Source of the DNA: Candidatus Aenigmatarchaeota archaeon
Lineage (GTDB): Archaea > Aenigmatarchaeota > Aenigmatarchaeia > QMZP01 > QMZT01
Reading direction: 5' to 3'
Assembly (NCBI GenBank): GCA_026397315.1
Contig: JAPLVC010000001.1
Location: forward strand, 1 to 64,000
DNA length: 64,000 nucleotides
Positions 28,114-38,657 of this stretch are shown here, piece by piece. Below the pieces are notes generated by a model that was given only the letters and a program-made list of their open reading frames with translations, was not told the origin of the DNA and ran no database searches. A program made the translations under genes and the position numbers. Position 1 is the stretch's first letter; the number at the start of each line of letters is the position of its first letter.

Positions 28114-30369
28114 ATGGCTGTTTGTGAATACACGTATGACGAGGATTCGAGACGACTGAAAATCGACTGCCTCGGCTGCGTATACGGCGCGTCCGTTGAA
28201 GACTACGACTCGTGCATGTCCCTCGTCATAGACAAGCTGCTATCGAACAAGAATGTCGGCTCCATCGTCCTCGCAAAAGAGAGGGAATACGAATACAGCG
28301 GCGAGCAGGTAAAAATGCTTCTCGAGATAGCCAGGATAATCGAGGACATAGTAAGGGAGAAGACAATATCGTATTCAACTCTCAAGCCGGAGACCTGCGG
28401 GCGCTGCTATCCCGACTTCTCGCAGCGCATGCAATACATAGCCATCAATCTGCTCCGCCGCGACCCGGTCGGGGCTTATGTCGAGCTGATACGCGAGGCA
28501 CGAGAACTTTTGGTGAAAAGCGAGAGACGCGACGGCTGCAGCAAGTGCTACAGGTATTACAAGGAAGAGATAATAGACATGCTCAAGAAGAAGCTCGAGG
28601 CGACGAAGATGATACAGCTCGCCAAGCCGCATCTGTCAGGGTATCACGTCGGCTCGCGCGAAATTTACAGGCAGATATTCACGCCGAGTGTCAGGCCGAA
28701 CTTCATGCTCACGCGCTATATGATTACGCCGCCGGAAGGGGGCACGTCAGTCGACCGTTATTCTGTCGGCGATATACAAGTCGAGATATACAAGGTACCG
28801 CAGCACGCTCATTACGTCTACCACGTCGTGCCGCCGGAATTCAACCTGTCCGAGGAGAAATACGCGGTCATGGACGCGGCGAGGCGCTACATGGCGTCGC
28901 ACAGGCCTAAGACCGCGGAGTTCGTCCGTTCCGAAAAGGTTCGAGAAATCTTCTACAACATCGGCCGCGACATGCTGCGCGAGGTCGCCGACAAGATGGG
29001 CGTATACCTCACCGCTAAGGACGTCGACCAGCTCGCCAACATACTCACAAGATACACGGCCGGCCTGGGTGTGCTGGAAGTCCTGCTCGCGGACGAGAAG
29101 ATACAGGACATTTACATAAACTCGCCGGTTGAGAGCCAGCCTGTCATGATATTCCATCAGACATATCAGGAATGCCTGACCAACCTCATTCCCACGCGCG
29201 AGGATGCGGAATCCTGGGCCACTCGCCTTAGAATCCAGTCAGGCAGGCCGCTCGACGAGGCCAACCCTGTTTTAGACACGGACATCGCAGTCCCGGGAGG
29301 GAAAGCCAGGTTCGCAGTCATAACAAAGGGGTTGTCACCAGAAGGGTTCGGCTTCGCCATAAGAAGGCACAGGGACAAGCCATGGACACTGCCGTTATTC
29401 ATAAAGTCCGGCATGATGAGCCCGCTCTCGGCCGGGTTGCTGTCATTTCTTGTGGACGGCTCCGTCTCGCTCCTGGTCGCAGGAGGCAGAGGCGCCGGAA
29501 AGACAAGCGTTCTGGGAGCGCTGATGTTAGAACTGCTGCCGAAAGTCAGAATAGTCACGATAGAGGATACGCTCGAGCTTCCCATTGACCAGCTGAGGGA
29601 CTTGGGATACAACATCGAGTCGCTCAAGTCGCGCTCTGTCATAACCCACGTCGAGTCAGAAATGCCGGCAGAAGAGGCGCTGAGAACCGCGCTGAGGCTT
29701 GGTGATTCGGCGCTGATTATAGGCGAGATACGTTCGAAAGAAGCGTCAGCCCTCTACGAAGCCATGAGAGTCGGGGCGCTCTCGAACGTCGTGGCTGGTA
29801 CGATACACGGCGAGTCGCCTTACGGCGTATACGACAGGGTCGTCAACGATTTAGGCGTCCCTCCGACGAGTTTCAAGGCGACAGACATTATCATGATATG
29901 CAAATCGCTGCGCACCGCAGATGGTCTGAAGCGCTTCAGGCGCATGACCGAAGTCACGGAAGTGCGCAAGCACTGGGAGACGAACCCGCAGAAGGAAGGC
30001 GGCTTCGTCAACCTCCTGGAATATTCGGGCAAGGAAGACATGCTCAAGCCGACGGACACGCTGACGAACGGTGAATCAGAAGTTCTGAACAGAGTGGCGT
30101 CATACGTCAAGGAATGGCACGGCAACTGGGAAACCGTCTGGAGCAACATACAGCTGCGCGCCAAGATGAAAGAGTCGCTAGTTAAATACTCCGACAAGCT
30201 CAACATGCCCGAGCTCATGGAAGCTGAATGGATAACGAGTTCCAACTCGCAATACCACATACTGGCCGAAAAGTCCAGGGAAGAAACAGGCACTACGGCT
30301 CCCAAGATGATTTACGACGAGTGGGAGAAGTGGCTCAGGCTGAAAATAAAGTCAGGAAGCAAAGTCTGA
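28114..30369 (+). CDS. Type IV pilus / type II secretion ATPase
   Basis: Cys-rich N-terminus, GGRGAGKTS, TIEDTLEL, LIIGEIR, TIHG. Confidence 0.9.
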   Translation: MAVCEYTYDEDSRRLKIDCLGCVYGASVEDYDSCMSLVIDKLLSNKNVGSIVLAKEREYEYSGEQVKMLLEIARIIEDIVREKTISYSTLKPETCGRCYPDFSQRMQYIAINLLRRDPVGAYVELIREARELLVKSERRDGCSKCYRYYKEEIIDMLKKKLEATKMIQLAKPHLSGYHVGSREIYRQIFTPSVRPNFMLTRYMITPPEGGTSVDRYSVGDIQVEIYKVPQHAHYVYHVVPPEFNLSEEKYAVMDAARRYMASHRPKTAEFVRSEKVREIFYNIGRDMLREVADKMGVYLTAKDVDQLANILTRYTAGLGVLEVLLADEKIQDIYINSPVESQPVMIFHQTYQECLTNLIPTREDAESWATRLRIQSGRPLDEANPVLDTDIAVPGGKARFAVITKGLSPEGFGFAIRRHRDKPWTLPLFIKSGMMSPLSAGLLSFLVDGSVSLLVAGGRGAGKTSVLGALMLELLPKVRIVTIEDTLELPIDQLRDLGYNIESLKSRSVITHVESEMPAEEALRTALRLGDSALIIGEIRSKEASALYEAMRVGALSNVVAGTIHGESPYGVYDRVVNDLGVPPTSFKATDIIMICKSLRTADGLKRFRRMTEVTEVRKHWETNPQKEGGFVNLLEYSGKEDMLKPTDTLTNGESEVLNRVASYVKEWHGNWETVWSNIQLRAKMKESLVKYSDKLNMPELMEAEWITSSNSQYHILAEKSREETGTTAPKMIYDEWEKWLRLKIKSGSKV

Positions 30370-30437
30370 TTTTGCGCGGTTTGGTTTTTATGAATTTCGC
30401 GGCGTTTATTAATAAATGAAATATATTAAACACGAGT

Positions 30438-33400
30438 ATGTTGCCGTGGAGAAAGTTGTTTTTTGCATTGCTTCTGCTCTGTTTATTGCTGGCAACAGCC
30501 ACTTATGCGGATGCTAGTATCGAGTGCGACACATGCGCCCCGTGCATTAGCAGCTGCGATAATAAGTGTTATGTGGAAGGATGCTACGGTACTGCGAATA
30601 ATTGCGCGGCTTGTTATGACTGGGGGGAATACCGTTGTGACACGAGTTACTGCGGCGCGACCTGCGACGTTGTCAGCGGCTGCCCGGATACGTGCGTAAG
30701 CAGCACGCTTTACACGGGCAGGACGTGCAACACGGCATGTTCCAGCTGCTCATGCACCACTGGCTCGGCAACCGACTGCCTGACGCAGTGCGGTGGCCCC
30801 TGCACAGCGCGCACCGGATGCACTTCAGGTGCCTGCAGCGGCTTATCAGACTGTGGAGACAACACTTGCGCAGACGGGATAGGATGCACGTCAACGTGCA
30901 GTCATGCTTGCGGAGCCGAGTGCGACGTGGATGGTGAATGCACTACTGACTATTGCGCAGGCACGTGCGGCACCGGGGCGGACAGCTGCGCGTGGAGGGA
31001 TTATTATTGTACGTCTGGCTGCGCATGCACGTATGACGCATATGACGCCGACACGACTTCGGGAAGGTGCACGGGATGCAGCCAGAACTGGAACACCGGC
31101 GGCAGCGGCGACTGCACGGGCGAGTCGGGATGCACGACGGCCTGCTGCGGCGACGACTCGGGCGAGAATTACAGGACTTTCGTGGAATATGCAGGGAATG
31201 CTCACGGAGTCATGGACTGGGGAGCCAGCCAGAAAACGTGCTGCGATGCAGCCGACCAGATAAATTATAATTCACAGTGTGTTACGTCAGGCTCAGGCGG
31301 CAACGCTGTTGACACGGGATATACAGGTCATGACAAATACGGCTATCCTTACACAACAGGCTGGCTTGACCTTGACGGCCATTCCACATGGCCGGCTGTT
31401 TATGGAGCAAATGTCTGCGGTGGTGGCTGGATATACATGCTTTACGGTGATTCTACTGGAGAAAGATGCGGAACAGCCGGCGGGGACGCATGCGATGAAG
31501 ACGAAAACTATGGCTGCTGCGGCGATGATGCCGGCGAATACTATCTCTATAGACAAAATTATAATTATCCTGGCGGTGATCAAGTTGGAGGAATTACAGC
31601 AACTGCTACAGGCGATTATGCGTGTTGCGATACATCAACCGACTGCGTGTACAATAATGTTTGTTATGCTCTTTCAAGTGATTTTACTACCACTGCTTAT
31701 GATTTAGATGGCAATGGTGTTAAAGATTCATACTGCTATAATAATGGCGGTACAGGACAATGGCTAAACGTTGATAGACACCAAAGCTATTGTGATGCTT
31801 CTCCTCTTGGAAGTGGGCATTGGAATATTGGCGGAGATGCAGATGCGGAAACTAGTTACTACCAAGCCGGTGGAGGCGGCGTCTATTGCGATATAGGTTT
31901 AGCTGGTTATCCATCAAGGCAATGCTGCTGCGGCGATGATGCCGGCGAGTATTATAATACTTGTACCGACAGTTCCGCGAACGGCGACTGCGGAGCAGAT
32001 ACAACAGCGTGCTGCAGTGCAAACACAAAATGCATAGACCACACTGGCGCATGCCAATCAACAGACTCGTGTTATACATTCGGGTCAGGCGGCTTAATGT
32101 CATGGTGCAACTCCGGAACATGGGAAGACCCTGACGAAGCATCTGGCTATTGCACGGCAACTGGCTGTGCTTATAGCTGGATGTCCAATGTTCCTACCTC
32201 GGGAACTCGCTGCTGCGGTGACGACACGGGCAGCGACAACTCTTATTATTATTCGGCTAATCCTACGACTGCAACATCGCTTTCCTGCGAGCGCTGCAAC
32301 GCGGGCACTTATGCTTCCGCGAATACGTATTACGGCAACGGGTACATGCCGGGAAGCTCGACGACGAGGACTTGTTATTATGGTGACATAACGTGCAGCG
32401 CCGCGTCCGGGGCGAACGGCACTTCTATCAGTGTATATGGGTGGGGGTGGTATAATTCAAGTCTAACGACAACGCCTGCTGTAATATGCCTGAGCGGAGC
32501 GGCGACTTGTTCTGACGGCAGCGCTGCTAACGACAGCGCGAGCACTCTGTATGGCAATGGCCGTTGGTCAGGCACGGACAAGACAACCGATACGAGCGGC
32601 ACATGTTATTACGGCGACATAACATGTTCTGACGGTTCCGAAGGCAACGGCGCGTCGGCGAGCCTCATAGGCAACGGCAACTCGAACGGCTGTTCGCTTA
32701 CGACGGCGACTGGCTGCACATGCTATTATGGCGATCTAACATGCGCCGACAATAGCGCGGCCAACGGCACTTCGACAGGTATCATCGGAAACGGTAATTT
32801 GCAGGGCTCGGGAACTTCAAGGACATGCTACTATGGCGACATGGGATGCTCAGACAACTCGGCGACCAACGGGACCACGCAAACAGTTTTTGGTTGGGGC
32901 TGGTATAACGCAAGCCTGACAACTACACCGGCCGTGCTGTGTATGAGCGATGCGGCAACATGCACCAATGGCAATGCGGCAAACGATACTATAAGCATAT
33001 TGTTCGGCAACGGTTACCTTTACGGCAGCGGGACTTCCAGGGTGTGCTTTTACAACGACATAACATGTGCATCGGGCAGCGAAAACAACGGAACGTCAGC
33101 AACCGTTTACGGCTGGGGGTGGTACAACAGCTCGCTCACGACGACGCCTGCGGTAATATGCAGAAGTAACGCCGGATCATGTTCGGACGGGAGCTATGCC
33201 AACGATTCCGCCACGACGCTATGCGGCAACGGCTACTTCTCCAGTTCGGCCGCGTCGTGCAGCTCGGCCGACGCTACGTCCGCGACAAGCGGCTATTGCT
33301 ATTACGGTGACATAACTTGCTCATCCGGGAGCGAGGCGAACGGCGCGGTGAGCAGCCTCCTTTTAGGTAACGGCTACACCACCGACACTCCGGCAAGCGA

Positions 33401-36290
33401 CGCTTCAGGCACATGTTTCTACGACGACATCACCTGCGCCAACGGCAACAGCGCGAACGGGACACAGGCGACCGTTTACGGCAACGGATACGATTTCGGC
33501 GCCACATGCTATCATGGCGACTGGTCCTGCGGCGACGGGACGTATGCTAACGGCAGCAGCTGTACGATGGCGTGCAGCGGAGCTAGCGAATGTTGCACAA
33601 GCCAGAACATCTACACCGACGCTGTCGGTTGCTCCGACACTGGATGCGCGCAAACCAATCATGAAAGAGACAGCGGCTCGAGCTATTGCACGGCCACCGC
33701 TAGCGGATGCACGGCATACGACTGGAATATAGGCGGCGAGATTAACGCTAGCGTATGCTGCGGCGACGATGCTGGTGAGAACATCCTGGTAAGGTTCTGC
33801 GGTTCGTGGTGCACTTCGAACTCGAGCGACGACGCATGCTGCGACGCGGGCAGCAAGTGTGTTTATGAAAATTCATGCTACGATTCTGCTTCATGTTATT
33901 CGAACGACGCTTACTGCGACGCTGGCACCTGGCGCGACTCGGACGGAGGGCAGACATACTGCGAGGCCTGCGCCGGCGCGGGCAGGTGGAACGCGGGCGG
34001 TGAAATCTCGCCTACGACATGCTGCAGCGACGACACTGGCGAGAATTATGCGTACAGGCTTGCGGACGGAGGGATGGACAACAGCTGGGCCACGAATTCC
34101 AGCGATAACGCATGCTGCAACGCCGCGGACAAATGCGTCGCGGAAAGCGTATGCTATGCGAGCGGCTCGCGCAACGATACGGACAGCGACGGGGACGACG
34201 ACTACTGCAACGCTGGCACGTGGTATGACTGCAACACCCAGTCTGACTGTCCTGCCGGTTACGACTGCTACGGCGGCGACTGCGTCGACGTGATAGACCT
34301 TTCATATGTTTTGCCCACGCCATCGCACGACTCGGTCAACACTGACAACTCGGTCACCATAAACGTCACGGCCAACGATACTCAGGGCAACGGCATAGAC
34401 ACGTGCACGCTTGAATGGAACGGCGTGAACGAAACGATGACCAAGCACGGCAGCGGGACGTATGTCACCTGCCATTCGGACAAAGCCACGATGGCTGGCC
34501 AGAGCTACACTTTCCGCGTCTACGCGAACGACAGCGCGGGCGTGATAGAACTCGAGAACGAGAGGACGTTCGCTGAGAACACCGTACCGTCGATGATGTC
34601 GGTTTACATGAATGTCAGCTACGCCAAGAACGGCGACACCGTGATCATCGCCAGCTCAGGCGCGTCGGACGGTGATGGCGATACTTATTGCATGCGCTGC
34701 GGCAATACCAGCGGCGATGAAAACGTCTGCAATTCGACGCTCGGCTCCGGCGAAATGAACTGCACGTTCGCCAGTGCATGGAGCGGCAATTCACAGCATC
34801 CTGTTTACTGCCGCCTTTACGACGGTTATGAATATTCTTCCGAAAGCAACGCTAGTCTGACAGCGGACAACACGCCTCCGACGCCGGAACCTGCGCAGGT
34901 TTCGTCGCTAGCTCTGGGCTCGACGACAGCATCAGTGACTTCCGTTGTGGCTAGCGACAGCGGTTCCGGACTGCATGCGACTGCATACAGGTTTTATGAT
35001 GCAGGCGTATGGAGCGATTGGCAGGCTTCAAATGTTTACGTTAACTCGTCGCTAGCGCCGAACACGCAATACTGTTTCCGCGCGCAATGCAGGGACAACG
35101 TGAGCAACGTGGGAACGCAGAGCAATGAAACATGCAATTACACCCTTGCGGACCAACCGTCGATAACAAGGGTCGCATGCTATTACGGCGGCACGCACAT
35201 CTGTGTCGTAAATTTCTCCATGGCGTTGAATCCGACGGGAGTTGATTATTACATAGAAGAGACCAGCGGCAACGCCGGAGGCAGCGACGAGAACTGGACC
35301 ACGTGGTCCGGCGAGCCGTCGTATAGCGACGTGGTCTCGATGCCGCACACCCAGTATTGTTACAGGATAAAGGCGAGGAACCAGAACGATGAGGAAACCT
35401 CTTACTCCTCCGCAGTTTGCAATACCACGTATAACAACCTGCCTTCCGCTTCGAACGTGAAGACTTACGATTCCACGATGACGCAGAAGAGCTTGCTCCG
35501 CGCGGGAAGGATGATATACATAAGAGCCGACGCGACCGACGGCGACGGAGCGGGTGATATAGAAAGCGTGAAGATAAGGATACGCAACAACAACAGCGAC
35601 ATAATGGTCAACAATGCCGACATGACAGCTATTGCATCGATAACGGACGGCTACACGTACCAGTATCAATACACAATCCCGTCGAACGCCGACGGGGTAT
35701 GGCAGATCGAAATCACCGCCACGGACCTGGGCGCGGCTGAGAACGTGACTTACGCGTCTTTCACCGTAGTCTCGCTGAAGCTCAACATAAAACTCGTGCT
35801 TAACGAGACGCAAGCCAGCACCTATGTCCCGGGAGCAGGCGAAAAGAGCTTCGCTGACTTGGCTTACGCGTATTACGCCATACCGCAGAACTATTACATA
35901 ACATCGTATTATGCGGGCGCGCTTTACGGTCTCGTGTTCCAGAACCAGCAGCCGCTGGGCGTCCTGGTCGACAAAGGCGTCGATAGCGTGACGCTGGGCC
36001 TGGACCTGAAATACCCGAATTCGATAGCGTTCGTCGTGAGCTCGAAAGGCGACTGGAAGAACATGCAGAACAGGATTGGCCTGATAAACAGCGGCTCTTT
36101 CCTGCAGTTTTCGGAACCGACGTTCTCGTTCGGCCTCGGAGACAAATATCCCATGGCGATAGTGCTTAATTACGATAACATGGACATACTCGGCAGGAGA
36201 ATGGACGTCGGCAAGGGAAGCAACAATATTGCCATAAGACACGAGGGCCTTTTCGACGAGGACATAGGCCTCAACATATCGAGAAAGTGA
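30438..36290 (+). CDS. Giant secreted Cys-rich repeat protein (1950 aa) with Ig/FN3-like domains; putative adhesin
   Basis: Signal peptide, CCGDD repeats, CYYGDITC..ANG repeats, LAPNTQYCFRA / PHTQYCYRIKARN FN3-like motifs. Confidence 0.8.
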   Translation: MLPWRKLFFALLLLCLLLATATYADASIECDTCAPCISSCDNKCYVEGCYGTANNCAACYDWGEYRCDTSYCGATCDVVSGCPDTCVSSTLYTGRTCNTACSSCSCTTGSATDCLTQCGGPCTARTGCTSGACSGLSDCGDNTCADGIGCTSTCSHACGAECDVDGECTTDYCAGTCGTGADSCAWRDYYCTSGCACTYDAYDADTTSGRCTGCSQNWNTGGSGDCTGESGCTTACCGDDSGENYRTFVEYAGNAHGVMDWGASQKTCCDAADQINYNSQCVTSGSGGNAVDTGYTGHDKYGYPYTTGWLDLDGHSTWPAVYGANVCGGGWIYMLYGDSTGERCGTAGGDACDEDENYGCCGDDAGEYYLYRQNYNYPGGDQVGGITATATGDYACCDTSTDCVYNNVCYALSSDFTTTAYDLDGNGVKDSYCYNNGGTGQWLNVDRHQSYCDASPLGSGHWNIGGDADAETSYYQAGGGGVYCDIGLAGYPSRQCCCGDDAGEYYNTCTDSSANGDCGADTTACCSANTKCIDHTGACQSTDSCYTFGSGGLMSWCNSGTWEDPDEASGYCTATGCAYSWMSNVPTSGTRCCGDDTGSDNSYYYSANPTTATSLSCERCNAGTYASANTYYGNGYMPGSSTTRTCYYGDITCSAASGANGTSISVYGWGWYNSSLTTTPAVICLSGAATCSDGSAANDSASTLYGNGRWSGTDKTTDTSGTCYYGDITCSDGSEGNGASASLIGNGNSNGCSLTTATGCTCYYGDLTCADNSAANGTSTGIIGNGNLQGSGTSRTCYYGDMGCSDNSATNGTTQTVFGWGWYNASLTTTPAVLCMSDAATCTNGNAANDTISILFGNGYLYGSGTSRVCFYNDITCASGSENNGTSATVYGWGWYNSSLTTTPAVICRSNAGSCSDGSYANDSATTLCGNGYFSSSAASCSSADATSATSGYCYYGDITCSSGSEANGAVSSLLLGNGYTTDTPASDASGTCFYDDITCANGNSANGTQATVYGNGYDFGATCYHGDWSCGDGTYANGSSCTMACSGASECCTSQNIYTDAVGCSDTGCAQTNHERDSGSSYCTATASGCTAYDWNIGGEINASVCCGDDAGENILVRFCGSWCTSNSSDDACCDAGSKCVYENSCYDSASCYSNDAYCDAGTWRDSDGGQTYCEACAGAGRWNAGGEISPTTCCSDDTGENYAYRLADGGMDNSWATNSSDNACCNAADKCVAESVCYASGSRNDTDSDGDDDYCNAGTWYDCNTQSDCPAGYDCYGGDCVDVIDLSYVLPTPSHDSVNTDNSVTINVTANDTQGNGIDTCTLEWNGVNETMTKHGSGTYVTCHSDKATMAGQSYTFRVYANDSAGVIELENERTFAENTVPSMMSVYMNVSYAKNGDTVIIASSGASDGDGDTYCMRCGNTSGDENVCNSTLGSGEMNCTFASAWSGNSQHPVYCRLYDGYEYSSESNASLTADNTPPTPEPAQVSSLALGSTTASVTSVVASDSGSGLHATAYRFYDAGVWSDWQASNVYVNSSLAPNTQYCFRAQCRDNVSNVGTQSNETCNYTLADQPSITRVACYYGGTHICVVNFSMALNPTGVDYYIEETSGNAGGSDENWTTWSGEPSYSDVVSMPHTQYCYRIKARNQNDEETSYSSAVCNTTYNNLPSASNVKTYDSTMTQKSLLRAGRMIYIRADATDGDGAGDIESVKIRIRNNNSDIMVNNADMTAIASITDGYTYQYQYTIPSNADGVWQIEITATDLGAAENVTYASFTVVSLKLNIKLVLNETQASTYVPGAGEKSFADLAYAYYAIPQNYYITSYYAGALYGLVFQNQQPLGVLVDKGVDSVTLGLDLKYPNSIAFVVSSKGDWKNMQNRIGLINSGSFLQFSEPTFSFGLGDKYPMAIVLNYDNMDILGRRMDVGKGSNNIAIRHEGLFDEDIGLNISRK
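32320..33560 (+). repeat. Tandem intragenic repeat array (about 11 units of roughly 35-40 aa)
   Basis: C(Y/F)(Y/H)xD(I/L/M/W)xC units alternating with three (Y/F)GWGWYNxSLTTTPAV(I/L)C units. Confidence 0.85.
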
Positions 36291-36345
36291 ATCGTTTCTG
36301 CGTCAAGAGTCTTGAAATATAAGCGGACTAGGACAATTAATAAAC

Positions 36346-38460
36346 ATGGTCAGCCTCTTCAAAAAAAAGAAGAACGACAGGGCAAAGGAAGAAGCATCTG
36401 AAGGCGTCCCGGACAGCATAATAAAAAGCTACCAGACGCTGCGCTTCCCGGAAGACAGGAAAGTAACGGTCACGTCGAGGGAATTCCAGCTGTTCAAGAA
36501 AAAGGAAGACATCCCGCTCACGTGGTTCGAAAGGCTCGCCGGCATTGCGGGAAAGATAATTTCCGTTAACCCGCCGGACGCGAAGACGAAAGCGGACATC
36601 GACAGCGCCATAAACTTCACCGGCATGCGCATCACGTCCAAGGACGTCACGGCGCTCGTTTATCTGACGATAATGTTTTTCGTGATTTCATCCATCATAC
36701 TCGTGGCGCTGGCTCTCATTCCTTTAATGGGCATACTGTTCATATCAGCCGCCGGAGTCGCCTTGGCGTTCTATTTCCTGAAATATCCGATCAACCAGAT
36801 GAAGATGTACAGGATCGAAGCCTCGTCGCAAGTCGTGCTGGCCATCCTTTACATGGTCGTGTCGATGCGCGTCACTCCCAATCTCGAGCAGGCGCTGCGC
36901 TTCTCAGCGGCGAACGTCACTGGTCCGCTCGCATGGGACATGCGCAAGCTGCTGTGGGACATAGAGATGGGCAAGTATTATTCCGCGTCACAAGCCATGA
37001 CAGATTACATTGCCAAATGGAAATCCGAGAACGAGGAGTTTTCTGAAGCGCTGCGGCTTATCCGCGACTCGCGCACGCACAGTTCCGAGAAGGCGGAGAT
37101 AATCCTCGACGAGGCGCTCGACGTCATACTCAGCGGCACCAAGACGCGCATGAAGCACTACGCCCAGGATCTCACGCTGCCTGTCAGCATAATACACATG
37201 ATGGGCATCGTGCTTCCGATACTCGGCAGCATCATGGCGCCGCTAGCGGCCGTCTTCCTTTCCGACATCGCGAAGCCGGAATATTTCTTCGCGCTTTACG
37301 ACGTCATCCTGCCGATATTCATCATATGGTTCATCAACTCCATCCTGAAGAAGCGCCCGACTACATTCTCGCAGGTCGACACTTCCATGCATCCCGACCT
37401 CCCGCCGCAGGGCAGCTTCAGCGTGAGGATTGGCAAGAAGAAAGTAAATCTTCCAGCCATGCCGTTCGCCTTAATCGTGGGCCTCGCCTTCATCCTGCCG
37501 GCGCTGCTTTTCTTCGCGGCGAACCCGGAATCCATAATCTCGGCGAAAGGGACGCACGACATAGTGTCCATGGTCATGTCCATGATGCTGATATTGGGAG
37601 GGGCCTTCGGCATCGCGACTTATTGCATACTTTCCAATTTCCAGCGCATAAGCATACAGGACGACGTGCTGAAGACGGAGAGCGAGTTCGAGATGGCGCT
37701 GTTCCAGCTGGGCAACAGGATTTCCGGCGGCATACCGCCCGAGCTGGCCATAGAGAAATCCGCCGACGACGTGAAAGACCTGAGCATTTCCGGCCTCTTC
37801 ACGATAACGATAAGGAACATGAGAAACCTCGGCATGACATTCAGGGAGGCGCTGCTCGACGAGAAATACGGCGCGATACGCTACTACCCGAGCAACCTGA
37901 TAAGGAACATCATGTTCATGGTCGTGGACATAGCCAGAAAAGGCGTCAAATACGCCGCCGAGGGCATGCTCACCGTCTCGAAATACCTGCGCAACATCCG
38001 CGAGACGCAGGAATACATCCGCGACCTGTTACAAGAATCGGTGTCGTCGATGAAGTTCCAGGCCTACATGCTCACCCCGATGGTAACGGGGCTCATAGTC
38101 TCGATGGCCCAGATAATCATAAAGGTGCTTGCCATCCTCAGCTCCAAGCTGAGCAGCCTGAGCGCGGGCACCGACATGCCCATAAACATCAGCGGCGGCC
38201 TGATGGGAGGCGGCGACATGTCCAGCACAGTCTCGCCGGAGATATTCCAGATAATCATAGGCATCTACCTGATAGAAATAATAATAATCCTCGCCATGTT
38301 CATGACCAAGATATCACAGGGAGAGAACAAGGTCTACATGTGGTACACTGCTGGCAAGATGTTAATCGTAGCGGTGGTCATGTACTTCCTGGTCGCGCTC
38401 GGAGCTTCGACGATGTTCGGCGAGCTCATAGCCAGCGCGGTCGAGGGCATAACAGGATGA
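36346..38460 (+). CDS. Type IV pilus membrane platform protein (TadB/TadC, GspF-like, two domains)
   Basis: NLEQALRFSA, two GspF-like domains with TM clusters, downstream of the ATPase. Confidence 0.85.
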   Translation: MVSLFKKKKNDRAKEEASEGVPDSIIKSYQTLRFPEDRKVTVTSREFQLFKKKEDIPLTWFERLAGIAGKIISVNPPDAKTKADIDSAINFTGMRITSKDVTALVYLTIMFFVISSIILVALALIPLMGILFISAAGVALAFYFLKYPINQMKMYRIEASSQVVLAILYMVVSMRVTPNLEQALRFSAANVTGPLAWDMRKLLWDIEMGKYYSASQAMTDYIAKWKSENEEFSEALRLIRDSRTHSSEKAEIILDEALDVILSGTKTRMKHYAQDLTLPVSIIHMMGIVLPILGSIMAPLAAVFLSDIAKPEYFFALYDVILPIFIIWFINSILKKRPTTFSQVDTSMHPDLPPQGSFSVRIGKKKVNLPAMPFALIVGLAFILPALLFFAANPESIISAKGTHDIVSMVMSMMLILGGAFGIATYCILSNFQRISIQDDVLKTESEFEMALFQLGNRISGGIPPELAIEKSADDVKDLSISGLFTITIRNMRNLGMTFREALLDEKYGAIRYYPSNLIRNIMFMVVDIARKGVKYAAEGMLTVSKYLRNIRETQEYIRDLLQESVSSMKFQAYMLTPMVTGLIVSMAQIIIKVLAILSSKLSSLSAGTDMPINISGGLMGGGDMSSTVSPEIFQIIIGIYLIEIIIILAMFMTKISQGENKVYMWYTAGKMLIVAVVMYFLVALGASTMFGELIASAVEGITG

Positions 38461-38529
38461 CGATTTCGAATGACGACCTGAACTATAAATCCAAGTCGTC
38501 TATCGCTTTCTTTTTCTGAAAGAAAAAGG

Positions 38530-38604
38530 GGCCACGGCCGAGATTTGAACTCGGGCTAAGAGATCCACAGTCTCTTGTGCTGACCAGGCTACACCACCGC
38601 GGCC
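38530..38604 (-). tRNA. tRNA-His(GTG), with genomically encoded G-1
   Basis: GCCGCGG/CCGTGGC acceptor stem, AGAGA-CT-GTG-GA-TCTCT anticodon arm, TTCAAAT T-loop. Confidence 0.95.
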
Positions 38605-38657
38605 ATAGTAATATAATGAATCATCGATGCTTTAAAAATTTAAAAGCGGCGGGCCGT

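Noticed and set aside
38456-38505. Box C/D-like ATGACGA…CTGA motifs after the platform gene
   Set aside because: Spacing is too short for a guide RNA and it overlaps a probable terminator hairpin.
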